Origin: Cyanobacteria bacterium P01_A01_bin.123
GTDB lineage: Bacteria; Cyanobacteriota; Cyanobacteriia; Phormidesmidales; Phormidesmidaceae
Length of the DNA: 64,000 bases
NCBI GenBank assembly: GCA_039815185.1
Contig: JBCBZT010000001.1
Span: forward strand, 192,001-256,000
Direction of reading: 5' to 3'
Of this stretch, positions 48,842-58,047 are shown piece after piece. Position numbers and translations under genes: made by a program. Every line of letters begins with the position of its first letter. Position 1 is the first letter of the stretch. The notes under the pieces are model-generated. The model saw nothing but the letters and a program-made list of their open reading frames with translations. It was not told the origin of the DNA and made no database searches.

Positions 48842-49321
48842 ATGGAACAAGCCACCCCCGACCTGCAGCAAGAATTGGAGACTCAACCTTTCGAGTTGCC
48901 TGAGCAAGAAGCTTACCTCAACCTGGTACACACTCACTCAGTCCTTGAAAGCGAGTTTGCTCGCCTGTTTAAGCAACATGGGTTGTCCCAACCCCTCTAT
49001 AACGTCCTAAAGGTAGTGATTCGAGCGGGAAGTCAGGGGGTTCCCAGTCAATCGATTGCCCAGTATATGCTGGCAAACGACCCAGACATCACGCGCTTGG
49101 TTGATCGGCTCGAAAAGATCGGACTGGTCACGCGAGAGCGGGGCACCCAAGATCGGCGATTGGTGTGGGTCAAAATTACCGATGACGGCTGTCGTCAGAT
49201 TGAGGCATTGGAAGCCCTGGTCAAGGCACTCCATAAGCGCCAACTGAGCCATATGAGCGCAGCCAAGCTAGCACAACTGAACCAGTTATTAGTCGAAGCA
49301 AGGCATCCCCCAATGCCCTAG
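48842..49321 (+). CDS. MarR family transcriptional regulator
   Basis: GLSQPLYNVL, PDITRLVDRLEKIGLVTR, DRR. Confidence 0.92.
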   Translation: MEQATPDLQQELETQPFELPEQEAYLNLVHTHSVLESEFARLFKQHGLSQPLYNVLKVVIRAGSQGVPSQSIAQYMLANDPDITRLVDRLEKIGLVTRERGTQDRRLVWVKITDDGCRQIEALEALVKALHKRQLSHMSAAKLAQLNQLLVEARHPPMP

Positions 49322-49329
49322 CCCATCTA

Positions 49330-49371
49330 TCTTGTTAGGACATCAATCTTTCTTGTTAGGACATCAATCTT
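49330..49371. repeat. 21-bp perfect tandem duplication
   Basis: TCTTGTTAGGACATCAATCTT twice, just after the marR stop. Confidence 0.85.
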
Positions 49372-49509
49372 TTTTCTGATTTAATTGTTTTAACAACTAT
49401 GTTGACAACCAAAGCCTGTGCAGGGCAGATCAAGACTGCTGAATTTAACCCTCTTGAATTTGCATCGGTCTTTCTGAACCAGGTGTGAATCAAGCCAGTC
49501 GTGTGAAGA

Positions 49510-51573
49510 TTATGCGGTCTGTGTCTGCTTTTGCCGCAAAAAGTTAGCTGTATTCTGCGGATCGAGTGCTTTGGCAAACAGAAAACCTTGTCCGATGTCA
49601 CACCCGATTGCTTTCAGATGACAGAGTTGAGCTTCATTTTCAACGCCCTCTGCAATCACATCCATCTTCAGGCTATGGGCCAGTGAAACAATAGTTTGAA
49701 TGATTTCTAAATCTTCATCTTGAGTCCCTAGACGATGGGTGAACGATCGGTCAATTTTGAGGGTATGGACGGGGAAGCGCCGTAAGTAGCTGAGAGAAGA
49801 ATAACCTGTCCCAAAATCATCCATGGCCAACCGAATTGAGGACGCTTCTAGGTCTTGGAAAATTGAAGTCGCTGCAGTTGGATTTTCCATCAACAAGCTT
49901 TCTGTAATTTCCAGCTGTAGATAATGTGGATCTAAACCTATTTCTGATAAGACTTTGAGGATTTGAGTCGCGAGTTGTGGATTAGATAGCTGTTTGCCAG
50001 AAAGGTTAACGCTAATCGTAAAGGGAAATGGCAACAACGCTTGCTTCAACCAGCTTTCCACCTGCTGACAGGCTTGCAACAACACATATTGACCAATGGG
50101 AATAATCAGCCCAGTTTCCTCAGCAATAGGGATAAATTGCTCTGGGGAAATAAGGCCTTTTTGGGGATGATGCCAGCGCAATAGCGCCTCAAGCCCCACT
50201 AGCCGATTAGAGGTTAGGGCAATGAGGGGCTGATAGTGAACCTTAAGTTCTTGACGTTCGATCGCGTATCTTAAATCAGTTTCGAGCTGTAGACGCAACA
50301 TTGCTTGGTAATGCATCTCTTGGTCGAAGATTGCATAACAAGCGCCTCCCTTAGCTTTGGCTCGATACATAGCAGTATCTGCTTCTCGGATTAAATCCCC
50401 AGGATGCTTTAAATCTGGTCGCCCTAAGGCAATCCCAATGCTGGCACTGGTGAAAACTTCACGGCCCTCCAGTGCAAAAGGTTTCGTCAGGGCCGTATTA
50501 ATCCGTTCTGCGACCTGAGTGACATCATCTATATGGCTTAATTCCTCTAGCAAAATTGCAAATTCATCACCACTCAAACGGGCTAGCATATCACTTGCCC
50601 TGAGTTGATGTTGAATTCGGAGTGCAAAACGACTCAAAAGTTGATCCCCTGCCCTATGCCCCAAGCTGTCGTTGATCACCTTAAACTGATCTAAGTCAAT
50701 AAAGAGGAGTGCAAAGTGACAATGAGAATGCCGTTGAGATAGGTCAATAACATGTTGCAGGCGTTCATTGAATAGAACCCGATTAGGAAGGCGGGTTAAG
50801 GCATCATAGACCTGCCTACGTTCAGTGAGTTCTCTTAGGGAAATGAGATAGGCTGGCGCTCCCTGCCAAATAATTTCATTGCAGACAAAGTCAACCCAGA
50901 TCGGCTTCAGCCCTGGACGATAAATATCAATTTCTGCTTGGCTATTAACAGTAACAGGAATGCCTAAAGATTGCCCCAGTAGTTCAGTGGCTGGCCGATT
51001 GAAAAGCTTCTCTGCAGCCTGATTTGCAAAAATAACATCTCCATCCTGGTTAACAACCACAAGACCATCAACCATACTTTGCAGGATTATCCGTAAATCA
51101 TTCTCTTGTCTTTGGAGCGAGTCTTGGATGGTTTTTTGCTCAGTGATATCGTTTTGGATCCCCAAAAAGTGGGTTAAATTCCCTTCTAGATCGTGGATTG
51201 GTGTGATATACAGATCATTCCAAAATGGTGTTCCATCTTTGCGAAAGTTTTGCAAAATGACATGGCAATCCTGCTTCTTTTGAATCGCTGTGTTGAGTTG
51301 ATACCGAGCTAACTGTTCTCGCTCTTCGCCCTGTAAGAAGCGACAGTTGCGATTCAAAACCTCCTCAGCCGTATATCCTGTAATGCGTTCAAAGGCCGGA
51401 TTTACATAAATAATTGGGTTATTAGGTTGAGTCGGATCTGTAATCACAATGCCATTGCTAGCATAAGCCACAGCACGTTGCATTAAATCGAACCAAGATG
51501 CTTTATCCAAAGGGCTCTGGTCTAAAGATCGCAAAGATTGTGTAAGAGAATGAGCCACGGTGCGTGCCCGCAA
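49510..51573 (-). CDS. LOV-PAS-GGDEF-EAL protein
   Basis: NCRFLQ LOV motif, NFRKDGTPFWN, GIQND; SGDEF; EALLRW; DDFGTGYSSL; start codon uncertain. Confidence 0.92.
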   Translation of the reverse strand: MRARTVAHSLTQSLRSLDQSPLDKASWFDLMQRAVAYASNGIVITDPTQPNNPIIYVNPAFERITGYTAEEVLNRNCRFLQGEEREQLARYQLNTAIQKKQDCHVILQNFRKDGTPFWNDLYITPIHDLEGNLTHFLGIQNDITEQKTIQDSLQRQENDLRIILQSMVDGLVVVNQDGDVIFANQAAEKLFNRPATELLGQSLGIPVTVNSQAEIDIYRPGLKPIWVDFVCNEIIWQGAPAYLISLRELTERRQVYDALTRLPNRVLFNERLQHVIDLSQRHSHCHFALLFIDLDQFKVINDSLGHRAGDQLLSRFALRIQHQLRASDMLARLSGDEFAILLEELSHIDDVTQVAERINTALTKPFALEGREVFTSASIGIALGRPDLKHPGDLIREADTAMYRAKAKGGACYAIFDQEMHYQAMLRLQLETDLRYAIERQELKVHYQPLIALTSNRLVGLEALLRWHHPQKGLISPEQFIPIAEETGLIIPIGQYVLLQACQQVESWLKQALLPFPFTISVNLSGKQLSNPQLATQILKVLSEIGLDPHYLQLEITESLLMENPTAATSIFQDLEASSIRLAMDDFGTGYSSLSYLRRFPVHTLKIDRSFTHRLGTQDEDLEIIQTIVSLAHSLKMDVIAEGVENEAQLCHLKAIGCDIGQGFLFAKALDPQNTANFLRQKQTQTA

Positions 51574-52081
51574 CAGTTCAGACGAAATATTAAGGGCTTG
51601 ACTCTATTACTCATTTAGTCCCCAATCATAAATCCCATAGCATTGGTTTGACGGTAGAAAAAACAAAAAATTTATATTCGCAGCTAATGTAAAAAGCCAC
51701 GGGTTTCTTCAAGAATTCATATCTATAATTGTCGTGATTTTACGGATTCACTATCAGCAATTTTGATATGCATAGATTTTTCTTGATCTGCATTGCCGTA
51801 ATTTTTCGGATGCAACATCAGCTGATTGAATGAGTTTTAGCTTTTCCGTAATTGCACCTTTATGATTGGGTAAATTATTTAAGCTTTACATGCAACCTTT
51901 CCCCATCCCGCACTTATTTTTGCAAAGTCAACGTCATGGGGATGTAAGTGATGGCACGATCGCCCTTTTCTCGATAATTCAATCAAGGGCGATCGCGATC
52001 TGTTGTGCTGACATGGGTTAAGGAATCTGCTAGCCTCTGCCCCATAGATGTTGCAGTCTTGAAATCTTCTGGGCGTTTGCC

Positions 52082-52924
52082 GTGAACCCTCAAATTGAAT
52101 CAGCGCGCTTGTGGGAACCCAATTTACCCGGCATCGAGCTTTTCGAAGCACAGTTGCTTCACCATCGGTTCAATAAACACTTTCATGAGGCTTACACCAT
52201 TGGCCTAAATGAACGGGGACAAGGGTGTTGTCAGCATCATGGCGAGAATTATTTCCATTATCCCGGCAGTTTTAACCTGATCAATCCGGGGGACCTGCAT
52301 ACAGGCCAAGTTGCGTCTGCTGACGGCTGGACTTTTCGCAATTTATACGTTGGTCTGCCGCTGATTGAACAAATGCTGACTCAGCTGGAGTGGTCAGGTC
52401 AGGGGATTCCCTACTTTAAGGCGCCCGTTGTCTGGGAATCTTCCCTACGTCCCATCTTCTACCAGCTTTTTAATGCCCTGAGCGAATCGAACGCTCAGCT
52501 TGCGCAGCAATCGCTTTTGCTTGAACTGCTGTCGGGGTTATTTCGAGTCAATGCTGAGCAACGCTTTCATTTGAGACCCCCCAAACCAGAATCAAAAGCA
52601 GTTGCCCGTATCCGTGCCTATCTTGAAGCCCACTACGCTGCGAACGTCGCTATTGATGACTTAGCGCAACTGGTTAATCTGAGTCCGTATTATTTAATCC
52701 GCTGTTTTCGTCAGCAAGTCGGTTGTCCACCCCATCAGTACCAACGGCATTGGCAGCTTCGGCGGGTCAAACAAGCTTTACGAACCTCGAAATCCCTCTC
52801 CGCCATTGCCATAGAGCATGGATTTTATGACCAAAGTCATCTGAATCGCGTGTTTAAGCAAACCTTTGGTGTTACGCCAGGACAGTATCAAAAAGGCAAT
52901 TCTGTCCAATACGGTTCAGCTTAA
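52082..52924 (+). CDS. AraC family transcriptional regulator
   Basis: HFHEAY cupin; LSPYYLIRCF; GFYDQSHLNRVFKQTFGVTPGQY. Confidence 0.93.
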   Translation: MNPQIESARLWEPNLPGIELFEAQLLHHRFNKHFHEAYTIGLNERGQGCCQHHGENYFHYPGSFNLINPGDLHTGQVASADGWTFRNLYVGLPLIEQMLTQLEWSGQGIPYFKAPVVWESSLRPIFYQLFNALSESNAQLAQQSLLLELLSGLFRVNAEQRFHLRPPKPESKAVARIRAYLEAHYAANVAIDDLAQLVNLSPYYLIRCFRQQVGCPPHQYQRHWQLRRVKQALRTSKSLSAIAIEHGFYDQSHLNRVFKQTFGVTPGQYQKGNSVQYGSA

Positions 52925-52981
52925 GCAGCCATAGTCTGGAGCGAGTGGGTAAAGCTCTCCAGATCGCGCTTGGATGGACTG

Positions 52982-54172
52982 ATGACTATTTTCAAAGATT
53001 TCTCAATTTCTGCGGTGATCGCAGGGTTTGTCACGATATTAGTGGGGTTTACCAGTGCAGCGGTTATTGTTTTTCAGGCCGCGCAAGCCCTGGGCGCATC
53101 GCCTACCGAGCTGGGCTCCTGGCTGTGGGCGCTGGGCTTAGGCATGGGACTCACGGGCATTACCCTATCGCTGCGCTATCGGGTTCCCATCGTGATTGCT
53201 TGGTCTACGCCGGGGGCTGCCATGCTGATCACTGCCGCCGCTGGGGTGACGATGGAAGAGGCTATTGGTGCTTTTCTAATCTCCGCAGGGTTAATCACGG
53301 TTTCTGGCTTCACGGGTTGGTTTGAACGAATGATGGATCACCTCCCCGTCTCATTGGCTGCTGGAATGCTGGCAGGGGTGTTATTACCGTTTGGCCTAGA
53401 GGTTTTCACCGCGATGCAAACCCAGTTCTGGATGGTGTTTGCCATGTTTTGCGCATACCTGATCATGCGCTGTAGCGTACCCCGTTACGCGGTTATTGTC
53501 GCCTTAGCCATGGGAGTGATCATTGCAGGAAGTCAGGGGTTACTGCAACTGGAGGGGCTGCAGATCCAATGGGCAACCCCGGTATTCACAGGCCCAACCT
53601 TTTCAATTAACGCTTTGGTGGGCATTGCGTTGCCATTATTTATGGTGACGATGGCTTCCCAAAATGTGCCTGGTGTGGCAACCATTCGGGCTTTTGGCTA
53701 TACCGTGCCCAGCTCTCCCCTGATTGGCTGGACTGGACTAGCAACCCTAATATTGGCGCCATTTGGTGCATTTGCGATCAACCTTTCGGCGATTACCGCA
53801 GCGATTTCGATGGGGCGAGAAGCCCACGAAAATCCAGAGAAGCGCTATGTTGCAGCCCTCACCGTCGGTGTTCTCTACATTGTGATTGGGCTTTTTGGCG
53901 CAACTGTTAGTTCCATCTTTGCGGCACTGCCTCAAGAATTGGTGCTAGCCATTGCGGGACTGGCGCTTTTAGGCACGATTGGGAATGGGTTGGTTACCGC
54001 ATTGGCTCAGGAAAAGGAACGTGAACCAGCACTGATTACCTTTCTCGTAACCGCATCCGGCGTCACCCTATTGGGCATCGGGTCAGCTTTCTGGGGGTTG
54101 ATGGCGGGTATTTTGGCAATAGTCATCTCACGATTGAGCCACCAAGCAATGCATTGGCAAGTGAAGAAGTAG
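52982..54172 (+). CDS. benE: BenE family benzoate/H+ symporter-like transporter
   Basis: AWSTPGAA, ALPLFMVTMASQNVPG, NLSAITAAI, ITFLVTASG, SAFWGL. Confidence 0.88.
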   Translation: MTIFKDFSISAVIAGFVTILVGFTSAAVIVFQAAQALGASPTELGSWLWALGLGMGLTGITLSLRYRVPIVIAWSTPGAAMLITAAAGVTMEEAIGAFLISAGLITVSGFTGWFERMMDHLPVSLAAGMLAGVLLPFGLEVFTAMQTQFWMVFAMFCAYLIMRCSVPRYAVIVALAMGVIIAGSQGLLQLEGLQIQWATPVFTGPTFSINALVGIALPLFMVTMASQNVPGVATIRAFGYTVPSSPLIGWTGLATLILAPFGAFAINLSAITAAISMGREAHENPEKRYVAALTVGVLYIVIGLFGATVSSIFAALPQELVLAIAGLALLGTIGNGLVTALAQEKEREPALITFLVTASGVTLLGIGSAFWGLMAGILAIVISRLSHQAMHWQVKK

Positions 54173-54476
54173 TCTGATGCTGTTGGCGAAACAGTAACGC
54201 GTTCCTTTGATGTATTGTTCACGTATTGCGTTGGCTCAGACCCATCAAACCGGCTTGAAGAGTAATGTAATTTGGGCCAGACATCAAAGTTTATAAAGCC
54301 ACACAATCCCTTACGAACTGTAGCCTAGTGAACTTTTCCAAACGGGTTTCATCAATTCGTTATGGAAGGGTTAATGTGAGACTAACGCAGTTTGGAACAT
54401 CCTAACCATGAGGTTTACAGGCGATGAGATGCCTGCGGAGCCCCATTGTTATCCCTTCAAAAAAAGGATGGATTTT

Positions 54477-56516
54477 ATGAATAGTAAAGCCTTATCGGGC
54501 TCACGGAATGTGGCGATTGTGGGTCCGTATTCCAGCGGGAAGACGACGCTTCTAGAAAGTCTATTGTCGGTATCCGGAGCTATTTCTCGTAAGGGTAGAA
54601 TCGAAGATGGCAATACCGTTGGAGATGGGTCACCTGAAGCCCGCGATCGCCAGATGAGTGTTGAAATCAATGCCGCCAGTACTGAGTACGGCGGCATTCG
54701 TTTTACGTTTGTAGACTGCCCCGGTTCTGTTGAGCTTTGCCAAGAAGCCTACAACGCCCTAATTGGTGTAGACGCTGCCGTGGTCATCTGCGAACCTGAC
54801 CCTAGTCGGGTGCTGACTCTGTCGCCACTATTCCAGTTTTTGGACACTTGGGAAATTCCCCACCTGATATTCCTCAACCGCATGGATCGGGCCACAGCTC
54901 CCTTCGCTGAGGTCTTAGCGGCACTAAGAACTGTTTCGAGACGTCCGGTCATTCCCCACCAGTACCCCATTCGTCAAGGGCCAGAACTCGTGGGCTTTAT
55001 CGATTTGGTTACTGAGCAAGCCTTTCACTATCACCCTGGTGCACCAGCAGATCCCGTGCCGCTACCCGATGCATTGCAGGCCCAAGAAAAAGCTGCCCGC
55101 ACCGAAATGCTCGAAACCCTAGCTGACTTTGATGACCATCTGCTCGAAGAACTGCTTGAAGAAATCGAACCCCCTGAAACAGAAATTTTGCAAGACTTAA
55201 AGATGGAACTGGGTGCAGACCTAATTGTGCCTTTGTTCATGGGCATCTCCACCCGAGACTATGGCGTCCGCCCTCTACTAGATGCCTTGGTACGCGAAGC
55301 GCCAGAACCCGAAATTACTGCTGAACGCCGGGGGCTAGATCTGGCAAACGAGACAGCCGAAACGCTGGCCCAGGTGCTCAAAACTTATTACACTCCCCAG
55401 GGCGGCAAGTTGTCGTTAGTCCGCATCTGGCAAGGGTCTTTACAAGATGGCGACTGTCTCAATGGCGATCGCATGGGTGGGCTCTATCACCTCACTGGGC
55501 AACAGCAAACCAGCCTATCTCGGGCTGAGGCAGGGGCAATTGTCGCGATCGCGCGGCTTGAAGGTGCCCATACCGGTGTCACGCTCAGCACAGCTACCCC
55601 ATCGGTGGAACTGCCCCAAGCAGCACGATTAGATCCTGTATATGCGTTAGCCATTGCCCCTGAAAAGCGCAGCGATGAAGTCAAACTCAGCAGTGCCTTA
55701 ACTAAACTGCTAGAAGAAGATCCATCCCTCTTGTGGGAACAACACGGTGACACCCACGAAGTGATCTTGTGGGGCCAAGGGGATGTGCACCTCAACATTG
55801 CTATGGATCGACTGCGACGCAAATACAACCTGCCCATGGGCACCCACCTACCCCGTGTACCCTATAAAGAAACGATTCGCAAAGCCCGAGAAAATATCCA
55901 CGGTCGCTACAAACATCAAAGTGGTGGCCACGGTCAATTTGGTGATGTGTATCTCAACATCACCCCAGTGAATCGCGGCGGTGGCTTTAGCTTTAGCAAC
56001 ACTATTGTCGGTGGTGTGGTGCCTAAGCAGTACATTCCTGGGGTTGAAACGGGCGTCCGCGAATATCTCACCCATGGGCCATTGGGCTTCCCGGTGGTGG
56101 ATGTGTCAGTCACGTTGACCAACGGCTCTTACCATTCAGTGGACAGTTCGGAGCAGGCTTTTAAGCAAGCTGCCCGGATGGCTATGCAAACGGGTATGAA
56201 AGCCTGTGAACCTACCCTGCTTGAACCGGTAGCTTTAGTCGATATCTCCGTGCCCAATAGCTTCACCTCGAATGTCTTGAAGCTCGTCAGTGGCCGTCGC
56301 GGTCAGATCTTGGGCTACAGCGTCAAGGAGCATTGGGCTGGGTGGGATCAGGTATCCGCCTATTTACCTGAGGCTGAAATGCAAACGCTGATCTTAGAGC
56401 TGCGATCGCTAACGATGGGTGTTGGTTTCTTCAATTGGAAGCCGGATCACTTGCAGCCTGTCCCTGACAAGTTGCAAGCACGCATCCTAGCGACTGTTGG
56501 CGAAGCTGAAGGCTAG
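54477..56516 (+). CDS. Elongation factor G-like paralogue
   Basis: GPYSSGKTT, DCPG, NRMD, HQSGGHGQFG, GSYHSVDSSE, LLEP; lacks canonical AHIDAGKTT. Confidence 0.9.
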   Translation: MNSKALSGSRNVAIVGPYSSGKTTLLESLLSVSGAISRKGRIEDGNTVGDGSPEARDRQMSVEINAASTEYGGIRFTFVDCPGSVELCQEAYNALIGVDAAVVICEPDPSRVLTLSPLFQFLDTWEIPHLIFLNRMDRATAPFAEVLAALRTVSRRPVIPHQYPIRQGPELVGFIDLVTEQAFHYHPGAPADPVPLPDALQAQEKAARTEMLETLADFDDHLLEELLEEIEPPETEILQDLKMELGADLIVPLFMGISTRDYGVRPLLDALVREAPEPEITAERRGLDLANETAETLAQVLKTYYTPQGGKLSLVRIWQGSLQDGDCLNGDRMGGLYHLTGQQQTSLSRAEAGAIVAIARLEGAHTGVTLSTATPSVELPQAARLDPVYALAIAPEKRSDEVKLSSALTKLLEEDPSLLWEQHGDTHEVILWGQGDVHLNIAMDRLRRKYNLPMGTHLPRVPYKETIRKARENIHGRYKHQSGGHGQFGDVYLNITPVNRGGGFSFSNTIVGGVVPKQYIPGVETGVREYLTHGPLGFPVVDVSVTLTNGSYHSVDSSEQAFKQAARMAMQTGMKACEPTLLEPVALVDISVPNSFTSNVLKLVSGRRGQILGYSVKEHWAGWDQVSAYLPEAEMQTLILELRSLTMGVGFFNWKPDHLQPVPDKLQARILATVGEAEG

Positions 56517-56826
56517 ATATTGCCTGTGAAGACGGGGATGTTCCCCTGGTTGGTCTTTGCAGACATAACTAGGGGAACCTACAAGTTTTCAGAGTGCTGT
56601 CCACAAAGCTCCCAAACAAGTGGTTGAATCTGACGCATGATTTCGCTGCCATATTTTGCTACCCAACGGCGATTCCTAATAATTGTTGGGCATCAGCATC
56701 CATATCTCTAATTTTCTCCAGATGCTTTTTTAGCTGTCTCGAATGAGCTAATCAATGCTGCTTTGGTAACAGGTTCGGCGATACTCACTGAAGCAATGTG
56801 GCCAAAGCCATAACTCAGTTGACTAG

Positions 56827-57216
56827 CTAATTTATTTCTCCTTCAGGACTGGGGGGTGGGGGGGGACAGCCTTCAGGATCTTCGGCTTCTCCCTCAGGCC
56901 GGGGGGGCGGGGGCGGGCATCCTTCGGCATTATCCATCTCTCCTTCAGGCCGGGGTGGCGGCGGTGGACAGCCTTCAGAATCAACTGCTTCTCCCTCAGG
57001 CCGGGGTGGCGGTGGTGGACATCCCTCGGCATCAATCGCTACACCTTGAGGTTGGTGTGGTCTTTTGTTAGAGGCTAGACCTTTAAGCCCTTCACTGGGT
57101 TGAGCAAGGAATACAGACTGAGGGCTAGCAGTTGCGTTTTGTTTAGAAAACTCGGCACCTAAGAGTCCAACAGCAACAACTGTTGTTGCAAATAACAAAC
57201 TTCGTTGAATTGACAT
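56827..57216 (-). CDS. Secreted small protein with four EGCPPPPP(R/S)PEGE repeats
   Basis: Signal-peptide-like N-terminus; AGGAG RBS upstream; 4 x 17-aa (51-nt) repeats. Confidence 0.8.
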   Translation of the reverse strand: MSIQRSLLFATTVVAVGLLGAEFSKQNATASPQSVFLAQPSEGLKGLASNKRPHQPQGVAIDAEGCPPPPPRPEGEAVDSEGCPPPPPRPEGEMDNAEGCPPPPPRPEGEAEDPEGCPPPPPSPEGEIN

Positions 57217-57334
57217 GACTTCAGCTCCTTAGATTAAGGCATTACGTTAGTGATGGACGAATCCTTGTTTGCGAATTATTTGTTTGAGCTGTTCTTACTA
57301 TCGCGAAAATTTGCAGCAGAAAAAATCCTGAGAA

Positions 57335-57373
57335 GTTCAGGTTTGTTCAGGTTTAAATTCAGATTTATTCAGG
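57335..57373. promoter_or_regulatory. Four TTCAG direct repeats upstream of the Pro-repeat gene
   Basis: GTTCAGGTTT-GTTCAGGTTT-AA-ATTCAGATTT-ATTCAGG. Confidence 0.45.
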
Positions 57374-57502
57374 AAGTCTCAAGCCTAGAGCGTTAGTTCA
57401 AATTCTTGCGATCGCCGACACACCACATCCATCCCATTAGAAACTAACGACCCAACTGAATCGTCCTAAGCATAGATTGGGTTGCATTGGGAGGAGATTA
57501 AA

Positions 57503-58027
57503 ATGCCACCTTCAAGACTGTTAGTCACTATCATTATCCCCATTGTTGTCGGCATAGCCGGATGCCCATCAAGCACTGCCAAAACGCCGGCTTCACCGAC
57601 AATGCTGATCGAAGCAACAACTTACCGTGGCGTGCTCTTCAGCGCCACCGAAGCAGAACGGCAACGCCTTGACGCGCCGATGACCGCTGATACTCTCGAA
57701 TTCTGGTCGCCTTCAGCCGAAGACGTTGCCCGTATGGAAGCACAGATTCTACCCGCCCTACTGACTGACGAGCGGTTAAGCGACGGGGTTGGCTGGAACC
57801 CGGTGCAGTCCTTAGAGGCAGCCCTGCCTGACTATACTCGTCAGTATTTCGGCTATTTCACCGCCGATGGCGAAGCAGTCATCTATACCAGCTTTTTCTG
57901 TGATGTTCCGATTGAGGAACTCACAATGGGGGTTGCCATTGACGATGGGGGGGACTGTTTCTTTCAGATTCACTACAATACCGACACAGACGAATACTTC
58001 GATCTGCACGTCAACGGTGAGGCCTGA
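57503..58027 (+). CDS. Hypothetical lipoprotein
   Basis: GGAGG RBS; hydrophobic signal with IAGC lipobox; YTRQYFG...DGGDCFF...NGEA. Confidence 0.8.
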   Translation: MPPSRLLVTIIIPIVVGIAGCPSSTAKTPASPTMLIEATTYRGVLFSATEAERQRLDAPMTADTLEFWSPSAEDVARMEAQILPALLTDERLSDGVGWNPVQSLEAALPDYTRQYFGYFTADGEAVIYTSFFCDVPIEELTMGVAIDDGGDCFFQIHYNTDTDEYFDLHVNGEA

Positions 58028-58047
58028 ACCTTTATCGTCAAGACTTT

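Noticed and set aside
56830..57035. Regular 51-nt repeats as a possible CRISPR array
   Set aside because: No unique spacers, in-frame coding repeats with synonymous variation, and no cas genes
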